Assembly (NCBI GenBank): GCA_913045195.1
Contig: CAJWQR010000001.1
Location: 27,702 to 91,701, forward strand
Source of the DNA: an uncultured Legionellales bacterium
GTDB taxonomy: Bacteria; Pseudomonadota; Gammaproteobacteria; Eutrophobiales; Eutrophobiaceae
Length of the DNA: 64,000 bases
Reading direction: 5' to 3'
A program made the position numbers and the translations under genes. Shown piece by piece: positions 19,160-27,715 of the stretch. The notes beneath the pieces are model-generated. The model saw only the letters and a program-made list of their open reading frames with translations, made no database searches and was not told the origin of the DNA. Positions within the stretch are counted from its first letter, which is position 1, and each line of letters begins with the position of its first letter.

Positions 19160-19213
19160 GCGAATTAAAATACGATTGATATTTATTTTTAAATTAATGT
19201 TGTTTAACTATTT

Positions 19214-21637
19214 ATGACTAGTTCTTTAGTAGTTGTCGAATCTCCTTCAAAATCTAAAACACTTGAAAGTTACCTAGGTAAAGATTTCAAAGTTTTAGCA
19301 TCCTATGGCCATGTTCGAGATCTTTTACCTAAAAAAGGCGCGGTTGATCCCGATAATAATTTTGCAATGATCTATGAGGCAATCGAAAGAAATGAGAAAG
19401 CTGTTAATGCAATTCAAAAAGCATTAAAAAAAGTTGACATACTCTATCTTGCAACTGACCCTGATAGAGAAGGTGAGGCAATTTCGTGGCATTTATATGA
19501 ATTGTTAAAAGAAAAAGGCTGCCTCAAAGACAAAGAAGTTCATCGAGTTGCATTTTATGAAGTAACAAAAAGCGCAGTACAAAATGCAATAAAAAATCCC
19601 AGAGAGTTATCATCAAATTTAATTGATGCTCAGCAAGCACGACGCGCTCTTGATTATCTTGTTGGGTTTAATTTGTCTCCATTGCTATGGAGAAAAATAC
19701 AAAAAGGGTTGTCGGCTGGACGTGTTCAGTCTCCCGCTTTAAGAATGATAGTTGAACGTGAAAAAGAGATAGATGATTTTAAGACTAGAGAGTATTGGTC
19801 TATTGAATCTGATTTGGAATTTAAGGGGTCTGAGTTTTTAGCAAAATTAACAGAATTTAATAATGAAAAAATCAAAAAATTTAGTATAGAAAAAACAAAG
19901 CAAGCATCTGATATAAAGTCGGTTCTTGAAAAACTGTCAGCAGGTGAGATGTTGGTTAAAAGTGTTACGAAAAAACAAAGAAAACGTCAACCCACCGCTC
20001 CTTTTATAACATCAACATTGCAACAAGAGGCAATAAGAAAATTAGGTTTCACTGCTCAATGGACAATGAGAATTGCGCAACAGTTGTATGAGGGGATTGA
20101 CATTGGCGAAGGCTCGGTAGGTTTAATCACATATATGCGAACGGATTCTGTGAACCTTGCTAAAGAAGCATTAACAGAAATACGTACTTTTATTTCGTCT
20201 CGTTACGGGAAAAATTCACTTCCAGAAGAAGCAAGAGTTTTTAAAACAAAATCTAAAAATGCACAAGAAGCTCACGAAGCTGTTCGCCCAACATCAGTTA
20301 CCAGAGTACCAAATGATATTAAAGATAGCTTAACTGATGAACAGTTTAAATTGTATGAACTAATTTGGAAAAGAACTATGGCGAGTCAAATGAAGCACGC
20401 CACTATTGATTCTGTTGCTGTTGATATGTCATGTGGCGATGGTAATTTATTCAGAGCAAATGGCTCATCTATTGCCGATCCTGGTTTTATGCAAGTTTAT
20501 CTTGAGGGTGTTGATGACTCAGAAAATAAAGAAGACGATGAGAAGATGCTACCTCAATTAAATGAAGGAGACAAAGTAAAACTAAAACAAATAAGAAGTG
20601 AACAACATTTTACAGAACCACCACCGCGATATTCAGAAGCATCTTTAGTTAAATCGTTGGAAGAATATGGCATTGGAAGACCTTCAACCTATGCCAATAT
20701 TATTTCGACCTTGAGAAACAGAGAGTATGTGGAAATAGAGAGTAAACGTTTTCATCCGACCGATGTTGGGAAGTTAGTAAATAATTTTCTTACAGCTCAT
20801 TTTAGTGATTATGTTGATTATGAATTTACAGCAAAACTTGAAGATGACTTAGATGCTATTTCTCGCGGAGAAAAAAAATGGATTCCGTTGATGAAGAATT
20901 TTTGGGAGTCTTTTTTCAATCAGATTAAAGACAAGGAGGAATCAGTTAGCAGGGAAGAGGCTATTCAAGCAAGAGTTCTAGGCAATCATCCAAAATCTGG
21001 TTTGGAAGTTTCAGTTCGCATGGGTCGTTATGGTCCTTACGCACAAATTGGCACTAAAGATGACGAAGACAAACCAAAGTTTGCCGGTTTACGTCGTGAA
21101 ATTAAAGACCCAGATAGCGGAGAAATAATACAACCAGCACAGAAATTAGATCAGATAACTCTTGAAGAAGCATTAGAGCTCTTTAAATTACCAAGATTGC
21201 TGGGCGAGACAAATGAAGGCGAAGAAGTTGCTGCTAGTGTAGGGCGTTTTGGCCCTTATATTCGTTATGGTAGTAAGTTTGTATCTTTAAAAAGAGAAGA
21301 TGATCCCTACATTGTTACGTTTGAGCGTGCACTTGAATTAATAGTCGAAAAGAAAAAAGCTGATGCTGAAAAACAAATTAAGCTCTTTGAAGAAGAAGGT
21401 ATCTCCATTTTAAATGGACGTTATGGTCCTTATGTTACTAATGGAAAGAAGAATGCAAAAGTACCAAAAGATATAGAACCTATTAAGCTGAGTCTTGAGG
21501 AATCAATTGCTCTTTTAGAAGCAGCTCCAGCCAGGGGCACACGCGGGCGCAAAAAAAAGACAAAAGCAACATCGAAAAAGAAATCCATGCCCAAGAAAAA
21601 ACGTTCTGTTTCAAAAGAGTTAAAGGCTGAAGGATAA
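19214..21637 (+). CDS. topA: DNA topoisomerase I
   Basis: 807 aa. TOPRIM N-terminus (VVVESPSKSKT), active-site region (GLITYMRTDS), and a C-terminal domain with three GR(Y/F)GPY repeats, no cysteines and a K/R-rich tail. Confidence 0.95.
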   Translation: MTSSLVVVESPSKSKTLESYLGKDFKVLASYGHVRDLLPKKGAVDPDNNFAMIYEAIERNEKAVNAIQKALKKVDILYLATDPDREGEAISWHLYELLKEKGCLKDKEVHRVAFYEVTKSAVQNAIKNPRELSSNLIDAQQARRALDYLVGFNLSPLLWRKIQKGLSAGRVQSPALRMIVEREKEIDDFKTREYWSIESDLEFKGSEFLAKLTEFNNEKIKKFSIEKTKQASDIKSVLEKLSAGEMLVKSVTKKQRKRQPTAPFITSTLQQEAIRKLGFTAQWTMRIAQQLYEGIDIGEGSVGLITYMRTDSVNLAKEALTEIRTFISSRYGKNSLPEEARVFKTKSKNAQEAHEAVRPTSVTRVPNDIKDSLTDEQFKLYELIWKRTMASQMKHATIDSVAVDMSCGDGNLFRANGSSIADPGFMQVYLEGVDDSENKEDDEKMLPQLNEGDKVKLKQIRSEQHFTEPPPRYSEASLVKSLEEYGIGRPSTYANIISTLRNREYVEIESKRFHPTDVGKLVNNFLTAHFSDYVDYEFTAKLEDDLDAISRGEKKWIPLMKNFWESFFNQIKDKEESVSREEAIQARVLGNHPKSGLEVSVRMGRYGPYAQIGTKDDEDKPKFAGLRREIKDPDSGEIIQPAQKLDQITLEEALELFKLPRLLGETNEGEEVAASVGRFGPYIRYGSKFVSLKREDDPYIVTFERALELIVEKKKADAEKQIKLFEEEGISILNGRYGPYVTNGKKNAKVPKDIEPIKLSLEESIALLEAAPARGTRGRKKKTKATSKKKSMPKKKRSVSKELKAEG

Positions 21638-21664
21638 GGAATCTCTGCCTGACTGTAGAAATTT

Positions 21665-22219
21665 ATGAATAAACTGCATGTGCAGAAAGCTATCCATATT
21701 TGTGAAGCGGGAGGAGTCATCGCATATCCCACTGAGGCCGTGTTTGGTTTGGGATGCATCCCTACTTATGAGCATTCCGTTCGCAGAATTCTAAGATTAA
21801 AACGACGATCTATTAGGAAAGGCTTGATTTTAGTAGCTGCGAATATTGCTCAACTTGATGAATTTGTTGATTTTTCAAAGATTAAAAATTTAAGAGTGAT
21901 TTATGATAGTTGGCCGGGCCCAGTAACTTGGCTGATTCCAGCAAAACAAATGACCCCTTCTTGGTTGACGGGTATTCATAAAACACTAGGGGTGCGGGTT
22001 AGTTCTAATCAATTAGTTAAATCACTTTGCGAGGAATTAGGCCCTATTGTTTCAACAAGCGCAAACCCAAAAAATGCCTGTCCAGCAAAGTCTTCTTGGC
22101 GTGTACGTTCTTATTTTCATAGGGGAATTGATTATGTAATACCTGCTAGCATTACGAATAATAGCAATCCTAGCGAAATTAGAGATGCTCAAAACGGAAA
22201 TATTTTACGCTCAGGTTAA
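21665..22219 (+). CDS. tsaC: L-threonylcarbamoyladenylate synthase TsaC (YrdC)
   Basis: 184 aa YrdC/Sua5 fold (AYPTEAVFGLGC). Confidence 0.85.
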   Translation: MNKLHVQKAIHICEAGGVIAYPTEAVFGLGCIPTYEHSVRRILRLKRRSIRKGLILVAANIAQLDEFVDFSKIKNLRVIYDSWPGPVTWLIPAKQMTPSWLTGIHKTLGVRVSSNQLVKSLCEELGPIVSTSANPKNACPAKSSWRVRSYFHRGIDYVIPASITNNSNPSEIRDAQNGNILRSG

Positions 22220-22285
22220 ATTATTGATAATAGGGATATTGACAGTGGTTAACGATTATTCGAGAATGGTCGGCTTGGATTTTTT

Positions 22286-22370
22286 GGAGGGGTACCCAAG
22301 CGGTCAACGGGGGCAGACTGTAAATCTGTTGGCTCAGCCTTCGTAGGTTCGAATCCTACCCCCTCCACCA
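22286..22370 (+). tRNA. tyrU: tRNA-Tyr (anticodon GTA), type II with long variable arm
   Basis: Cloverleaf GGAGGGG...CCCCTCCACCA, anticodon loop CTGTAAA, T-loop GGTTCGAATCC, encoded CCA. Confidence 0.9.
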
Positions 22371-22530
22371 GAATGATTTTGTTTCGTTAGGGATCGGATT
22401 TGGGTATTGAATTGTAATAATTAACTAACAAATAAGGAATGTTGAATAACCCGCCAAATTAAAGAATAAAGAATGGATTGAAGTTTCGAGTAGGTGTTGG
22501 TTGGAAATGGGTAATCTTATGTATGCATAG

Positions 22531-22604
<74 letters not shown>

Positions 22605-22688
22605 AACAAAGTATGATTTAGTATTGGATTGTTGATTAAGTGTTTTTTTTGACTAGAATTTTTAAGTTGTAGCGAAAACAGGATTATT

Positions 22689-22764
<76 letters not shown>

Positions 22765-22833
22765 CTTTATGAATATAATATTTAGTTTTTTGAATCATAT
22801 TGTTAAGTTAAATGAAAATGAGGTGTAACTCTA

Positions 22834-24024
22834 ATGTCTAAGGAAAAATTTGAACGCACGAAGCCGCATGTGAATGTAGGAACAATTGGCCATGTTGATC
22901 ATGGTAAAACGACCTTGACGGCGGCGATTACAAAGACAATGTCTGATAAGCACGGAGGCGAATTTAAAGCCTACGATCAAATTGATAATGCGCCAGAAGA
23001 ACGGGAACGCGGGATTACAATTGCTACAGCACATGTTGAATATGAGAGTGACACTCGACATTATGCTCATGTTGATTGCCCAGGCCATGCTGATTATGTA
23101 AAAAACATGATTACTGGGGCAGCGCAAATGGATGGTGCAATATTGGTTTGTAGTGCAGCGGACGGACCAATGCCACAAACACGCGAACATATTCTTTTGT
23201 CAAAACAGGTGGGTGTGCCATTCATTATTGTATATCTAAATAAGGCTGATCAGGTTGATGATGCAGAATTATTAGAATTGGTTGAGATGGAAGTACGAGA
23301 GCTTTTGGATTCTTATGAATTTCCTGGCGATAAAACTCCGATTATCACAGGTTCTGCGCTTAAAGCCTTAGAGGGAGATACTTCCGATATTGGAATTCCA
23401 TCAATTGAAAAATTAGTAGCAGAGATGGATGGTTACATTCCGGTACCAGAACGTCCTGTTGACCAACCATTTTTAATGCCAATTGAAGATGTTTTCTCAA
23501 TTTCAGGGCGCGGTACTGTCGTTACTGGTCGAGTTGAGCGTGGCGTTGTAAAAGTGAATGAAGACATTGAAATTGTCGGGATTAAAGACACACAAAAGAC
23601 CACATGTACTGGCGTGGAAATGTTCCGCAAATTACTTGATGAAGGTCAAGCAGGCGACAACGTAGGTGTATTATTACGCGGAACCAAACGCGAAGAGGTT
23701 GAGCGTGGTCAAGTTCTATGCAAACCAGGTTCAATTACGCCACATACTCACTTTGAGGCAGAAGTTTATGTCTTAAGTAAAGATGAAGGCGGTAGACATA
23801 CACCATTTTTTGCTAATTATCGGCCACAGTTTTATTTCCGGACTACAGATGTGACAGGCGCCGTTGAGTTACCATCAGGGACAGAAATGGTCATGCCTGG
23901 TGATAACATCAAGATAAAGGTAAAACTAATAGCCCCAATTGCGATGGAAGATAACTTACGTTTTGCAATAAGAGAAGGAGGCCGTACCGTAGGTGCGGGC
24001 GTTGTCTCTAAAATTATTGAGTAA
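22834..24024 (+). CDS. tuf: elongation factor Tu
   Basis: 396 aa with [17 protein letters not shown] and NKAD. Sits in a tRNA-tuf-secE context equivalent to tufB. Confidence 0.97.
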   Translation: MSKEKFERTKPHVNVGTIGHVDHGKTTLTAAITKTMSDKHGGEFKAYDQIDNAPEERERGITIATAHVEYESDTRHYAHVDCPGHADYVKNMITGAAQMDGAILVCSAADGPMPQTREHILLSKQVGVPFIIVYLNKADQVDDAELLELVEMEVRELLDSYEFPGDKTPIITGSALKALEGDTSDIGIPSIEKLVAEMDGYIPVPERPVDQPFLMPIEDVFSISGRGTVVTGRVERGVVKVNEDIEIVGIKDTQKTTCTGVEMFRKLLDEGQAGDNVGVLLRGTKREEVERGQVLCKPGSITPHTHFEAEVYVLSKDEGGRHTPFFANYRPQFYFRTTDVTGAVELPSGTEMVMPGDNIKIKVKLIAPIAMEDNLRFAIREGGRTVGAGVVSKIIE

Positions 24025-24053
24025 ATAGAGGTAGCTTATTTTAAATATTAAAT

Positions 24054-24129
24054 AGGCCAGTAGCTCAATTGGCAGAGCGGCGGTCTCCAAAACCGCAGGT
24101 TGGGGGTTCGATTCCCTCCTGGCCTGCCA
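24054..24129 (+). tRNA. trpT: tRNA-Trp (anticodon CCA)
   Basis: AGGCCAG...CTGGCCTGCCA, anticodon loop CTCCAAA, T-loop GGTTCGATTCC. Conserved position between tuf and secE. Confidence 0.9.
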
Positions 24130-24174
24130 TTTGAAACACTATTTATATTGATTAAGGACTAAATTAATTAGTTT

Positions 24175-24552
24175 ATGAATTCGGATATAGAAGCCAGTAA
24201 CGAAAAATTGGATACATTTAAGCTTGGATTAGCGCTATTAATTGTAATAGCCGATTTGGTCGGTTTTTATGTATACACTGATTACTCGTTGTTATTTAGA
24301 GTTATCGCTTTACTTGCAGGCGGCGGCATTAGTATTGCAATAGCCTTACAAACTGCAAAAGGACGGCAAATATGGAGCTATTTCCATGATGCTCAAATTG
24401 AAGTACGCAAGGTTGTATGGCCGACGAGACAGGAGACGATACAAACAACCTTAATAGTTGTAGTAATGGTTATTTTAGTTGCAATTATACTTTGGTTATT
24501 AGATATGTTTCTGGGTTGGTCAATTGGTTTATTGATGGGGCATGGTAGCTAA
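24175..24552 (+). CDS. secE: preprotein translocase subunit SecE
   Basis: 125 aa, three transmembrane segments, conserved C-terminal region (VRKVVWPTRQET..TTLIVV). Confidence 0.9.
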   Translation: MNSDIEASNEKLDTFKLGLALLIVIADLVGFYVYTDYSLLFRVIALLAGGGISIAIALQTAKGRQIWSYFHDAQIEVRKVVWPTRQETIQTTLIVVVMVILVAIILWLLDMFLGWSIGLLMGHGS

Positions 24553-24555
24553 CTT

Positions 24556-25089
24556 ATGACTCAGAAATGGTATGTAGTTCACGCGTACTCTGGCTTTGAA
24601 AATCAAGTAAGGCGGACTTTACAGGAAAGAATTGAAGATAGCGGTCTTAATGATATGTTTGCAGAAATTCTCGTGCCAACGGAGGAAGTGGTTGAGATGC
24701 GAGATGGTAAAAAACGTAAAAGTGATCGGAAGTTCTTCCCGGGCTATGTTTTAGTAAAAATGGAAATGAACGAAGATACATGGCATTTAGTAAAAGAAGC
24801 ACCGAAAGTACTTGGTTTCATTGGTGGCACAAGCGATAAACCAGCTCCGATAACAGATAAAGAGGCCGATGCAATTTTACAGCGGGTTGAAGAAGGTGTT
24901 GACAAACCGAGACCTAAAATTTTATTCGAACCAGGAGAGGTTGTTAGGGTTAAAGAAGGCCCTTTTACTGACTTTAATGGTGTTGTTGAAGAAGTGAATT
25001 ATGAAAAAAGTCGTTTAAGAGTATCCGTTTTAATTTTTGGGCGTTCTACACCAGTTGAACTTGAATTTGGACAAGTTGAAAAAGAATAA
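24556..25089 (+). CDS. nusG: transcription termination/antitermination factor NusG
   Basis: 177 aa with NGN and KOW domains ([25 protein letters not shown]). Confidence 0.95.
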   Translation: MTQKWYVVHAYSGFENQVRRTLQERIEDSGLNDMFAEILVPTEEVVEMRDGKKRKSDRKFFPGYVLVKMEMNEDTWHLVKEAPKVLGFIGGTSDKPAPITDKEADAILQRVEEGVDKPRPKILFEPGEVVRVKEGPFTDFNGVVEEVNYEKSRLRVSVLIFGRSTPVELEFGQVEKE

Positions 25090-25197
25090 TTTTTAAATTG
25101 AGTTTTATTTTAAAGTAATCAATTAAGATTAATTACTTTATGTTTTTGAGACAAGGGGAGCCGAAAGGCGCTTGTACCCGTATAAGGATAGTAAGTG
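25090..25197. promoter_or_regulatory. rplK-rplA leader region (candidate L1-binding autoregulatory leader plus L11 operon promoter)
   Basis: A 108-nt spacer whose 3' part is GC-richer and structured (GGGGAGCCGAAAGGCGCTTGTACCCGTATAAGGA). In E. coli, L1 represses by binding the rplK leader. This assignment is by position only. Confidence 0.3.
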
Positions 25198-25638
25198 ATG
25201 GCTAAGAAAATTCAGAGTTACATAAAGTTACAGGTGCCTGCTGGACAGGCAAATCCAAGCCCCCCTGTAGGACCAGCCTTAGGCCAGCATGGCCTAAATA
25301 TTATGGAGTTTTGTAAAGCATTTAATGCTCAAACGCAAAATGTGGAACCAGGATTACCCGTGCCTGTAATTATCACCGTTTATTCCGACAAGAGTTTTAC
25401 TTTTGTTAGCAAAACTACCCCAGCCTCTATACTTTTAAAAAAGGCGGCGGGGATCAAAAGTGGTAGCGGTACACCAAATAGTAATAAAGTTGGTAAAGTG
25501 AATAGGTCACAGCTCGAAGAAATTGCTAAAACAAAAGAACCCGATTTAACGGCAGCTAGTGTTGATGCGGCTGTAAGAACAATAGCGGGAACTGCTCGTA
25601 GTATGGGTATCGAAACTGATATTAAGGCGAAATCATAG
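25198..25638 (+). CDS. rplK: 50S ribosomal protein L11
   Basis: [16 protein letters not shown] matches the L11 N-terminus. Start taken at the second ATG (25198), since the ORF-track start at 25195 is a GTG one codon upstream. Confidence 0.95.
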   Translation: MAKKIQSYIKLQVPAGQANPSPPVGPALGQHGLNIMEFCKAFNAQTQNVEPGLPVPVIITVYSDKSFTFVSKTTPASILLKKAAGIKSGSGTPNSNKVGKVNRSQLEEIAKTKEPDLTAASVDAAVRTIAGTARSMGIETDIKAKS

Positions 25639-26333
25639 TGGCTAAATTATCTAAACGTATTCATGTTTTTCAGGATAAAGTCGAAAAAGGCAAATATTAT
25701 TCTGTTCAAGATGCCGTGAATTTACTAAAAGAAGTTTCATCGGTAAAATTTGATGAGTCAGTTGAAGTTGCAGTTAACTTGGGAGTTGATGCACGCAAAT
25801 CAGACCAACAGGTACGTGGTTCAACCGTCTTACCAAAAGGAACTGGGAAAACTGTCAGAGTTGCGGTATTCGCAGAAGGTGAAAATGCAAAGATAGCTAA
25901 AGCAGCCGGGGCAGATACGGTAGGTTTTGAAGACCTAGCGAAGGCAATGCAGGAAGGGGACATCAATTACGGTGTTGTGATAGCTACACCTGACGCAATG
26001 CCGATTGTTGGTAAGCTCGGCAAGGCTTTAGGTCCTCGCGGTTTAATGCCAAATCCAAAGGTTGGCACAGTAACTAAGGATGTTGAACAAGCAGTTAAAA
26101 ATGCGAAGGGCGGACAGGTACGTTATAGAACTGATAAGAATGGCATTATTCACTGCGTAATAGGCAAGGTTTCTTTTGATTCTGATTCATTAATCGAAAA
26201 TTTACATACACTATTAACGGATTTGGTAAAAATAAAACCAAGTAGCGCTAAAGGCGCTTATCTAAAAAAATTAAGTTTATCAACAACGATGGGTCCTGGT
26301 TTATTGATAGATCAGGCTAGTTTATCAATTTAA
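25638..26333 (+). CDS. rplA: 50S ribosomal protein L1
   Basis: [10 protein letters not shown]...[17 protein letters not shown] start overlapping the rplK stop (TAGTG). Confidence 0.95.
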   Translation: MAKLSKRIHVFQDKVEKGKYYSVQDAVNLLKEVSSVKFDESVEVAVNLGVDARKSDQQVRGSTVLPKGTGKTVRVAVFAEGENAKIAKAAGADTVGFEDLAKAMQEGDINYGVVIATPDAMPIVGKLGKALGPRGLMPNPKVGTVTKDVEQAVKNAKGGQVRYRTDKNGIIHCVIGKVSFDSDSLIENLHTLLTDLVKIKPSSAKGAYLKKLSLSTTMGPGLLIDQASLSI

Positions 26334-26647
26334 ATAATAAGGCTGAATTAAACGATTTGTGGAGAATTATAAACGCTACTCGAAATTAGTTTTTTATTGG
26401 TAGTGTTTTTTTAAAGACTTTGTGATTGGTAGTTAACTACCAGACGTCAAAGACCGTGGGCGACATTCTTTTTTAGATGTCTTAATGGAATTAAACTTTG
26501 CCCACGCAGGCGGTGTTAGCAGATAACAGGATAATTTTATTTGTCACCGTAAACCGTCTATTTGGGAGTTATTTTTGAATAGATTATTAAATCAATGTAT
26601 GCAGTTCAGATTATGCGTATATGAATTTGTAACAAAGGAGGCGAAGA
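26334..26647. promoter_or_regulatory. rplJ-rplL leader (L10 operon promoter and L10(L12)4 autoregulatory leader)
   Basis: A 314-nt untranslated spacer with a long-range complementary pair CGTGGGC (26456-62) / GCCCACG (26500-06) and a strong SD AAGGAGG before the rplJ GTG. In position and size it matches the E. coli rplJ leader. Confidence 0.45.
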
Positions 26648-27166
26648 GTGGGTCTTACTCTTGATGCAAAAAAAGCAATTATCGAAGAGGTGAATAGTAT
26701 TGCTACAGAAGCTCCTTCTGCGATCGCGGCCGAGTATATTGGTTTAACAGTGACTGAAATGACTGAACTGCGTAATGCAGCACGCGAAGCAGGAGTTTAC
26801 CTAAAGGTGGTGCGTAATACTCTTGCACGTCGAGCGCTAGAAAATACTCAATTTGAGTGTATGCGCAATAACTTAGTCGGACCATTACTATTAGTATTTT
26901 CAAATAATGAACCTGGAAGTGCAGCGAAAGTTGTTCGCAATTTTGCAAAAGACAATAAAAAACTCGCGGTTAAGCTTATTTCTTTAGATGGAAATCTTTT
27001 AGAGCTATCTGAAATTTCTAAACTTGCAAGTTTGCCATCACTTGATGAGGCACGCGCTACGTTACTTGGGTTATTTAACTCACCACTTACTAAATTTGTT
27101 CGTACCCTATCAGAGCCCACTGCAAAATTTGCAAGAGCGCTTGGTGCGCAACGCGACAAACAGTAG
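26648..27166 (+). CDS. rplJ: 50S ribosomal protein L10
   Basis: GTG start 7 nt after AAGGAGG. 172 aa L10 family. Confidence 0.92.
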   Translation: MGLTLDAKKAIIEEVNSIATEAPSAIAAEYIGLTVTEMTELRNAAREAGVYLKVVRNTLARRALENTQFECMRNNLVGPLLLVFSNNEPGSAAKVVRNFAKDNKKLAVKLISLDGNLLELSEISKLASLPSLDEARATLLGLFNSPLTKFVRTLSEPTAKFARALGAQRDKQ

Positions 27167-27223
27167 GTGATGTGAGAAATATGTATAACAGAATTTAGTA
27201 TTTTTTATTGGAGGATTATCAAA

Positions 27224-27604
27224 ATGGCAGTTTCTCGTGAAGAAATTAAAGAAGCGCTCGGCAAGATGCCGGTGCTTGAACTTGTCGATCTTATCAAAGA
27301 ACTCGAAGATGAATGGGGTGTATCAGCGGCAGCACCAGTGGCTGTTGCGGCCACACCTGTAGCCGGCGAAAGTGCTGGAGCGGAAGAAGCAAAAACTGAG
27401 TTTGATGTCATATTATCAAGTATGGGCGACAACAAGGTTGGTGTAATTAAAGCAGTTAGAGCGACAACGGGTCTTGGTCTTAAAGAAGCAAAAGAACTTG
27501 TTGAGGGAGCACCTGCAACCGTAAAAGAAGCCGTGGGCAAAGAAGAGGCAGAGGATATTAAAAAACAGCTAGAAGAAGCTGGTGCGTCGGCTGAACTAAA
27601 ATAG
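27224..27604 (+). CDS. rplL: 50S ribosomal protein L7/L12
   Basis: 126 aa with an Ala-rich hinge and a conserved C-terminal domain ([27 protein letters not shown]). Confidence 0.97.
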   Translation: MAVSREEIKEALGKMPVLELVDLIKELEDEWGVSAAAPVAVAATPVAGESAGAEEAKTEFDVILSSMGDNKVGVIKAVRATTGLGLKEAKELVEGAPATVKEAVGKEEAEDIKKQLEEAGASAELK

Positions 27605-27639
27605 TTTTAATTGTTAAAGCTCAACAAAACAAAAAATTG

Positions 27640-27673
27640 AAACGGGGCTCACATAGCACCCGTTGGTTTTTTG
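27640..27673 (+). terminator. rplL-rpoB intergenic attenuator/terminator hairpin
   Basis: The stem AACGGGG...CACCCGTT is followed by GGTTTTTTGCG. E. coli has a partial terminator at the same position between rplL and rpoB. Confidence 0.5.
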
Positions 27674-27715
27674 CGTGCATCGATATTATAAAGCAAACAC
27701 TAACGAGGAAATCTA

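Noticed and set aside
22371-22530. 160-nt spacer between tRNA-Tyr and tRNA-Gly, checked for a degenerate fourth tRNA (a thrU equivalent).
   Set aside because: No T-loop (GTTCRANYC) or cloverleaf-compatible stems were found; it appears to be plain spacer.
22831-23190. 119-aa antisense ORF inside tuf. Also considered: similar antisense or overlapping ORFs at 709-912, 2007-2216, 6099-6527, 21430-21759, 26848-27159, 27205-27540, 51454-51846 and 52090-52461.
   Set aside because: All lie within or opposite strongly conserved genes. They have low-complexity or Ser/Cys-rich composition, no homology I can recognise and no SD. They are most likely shadow ORFs of highly expressed, codon-biased genes.
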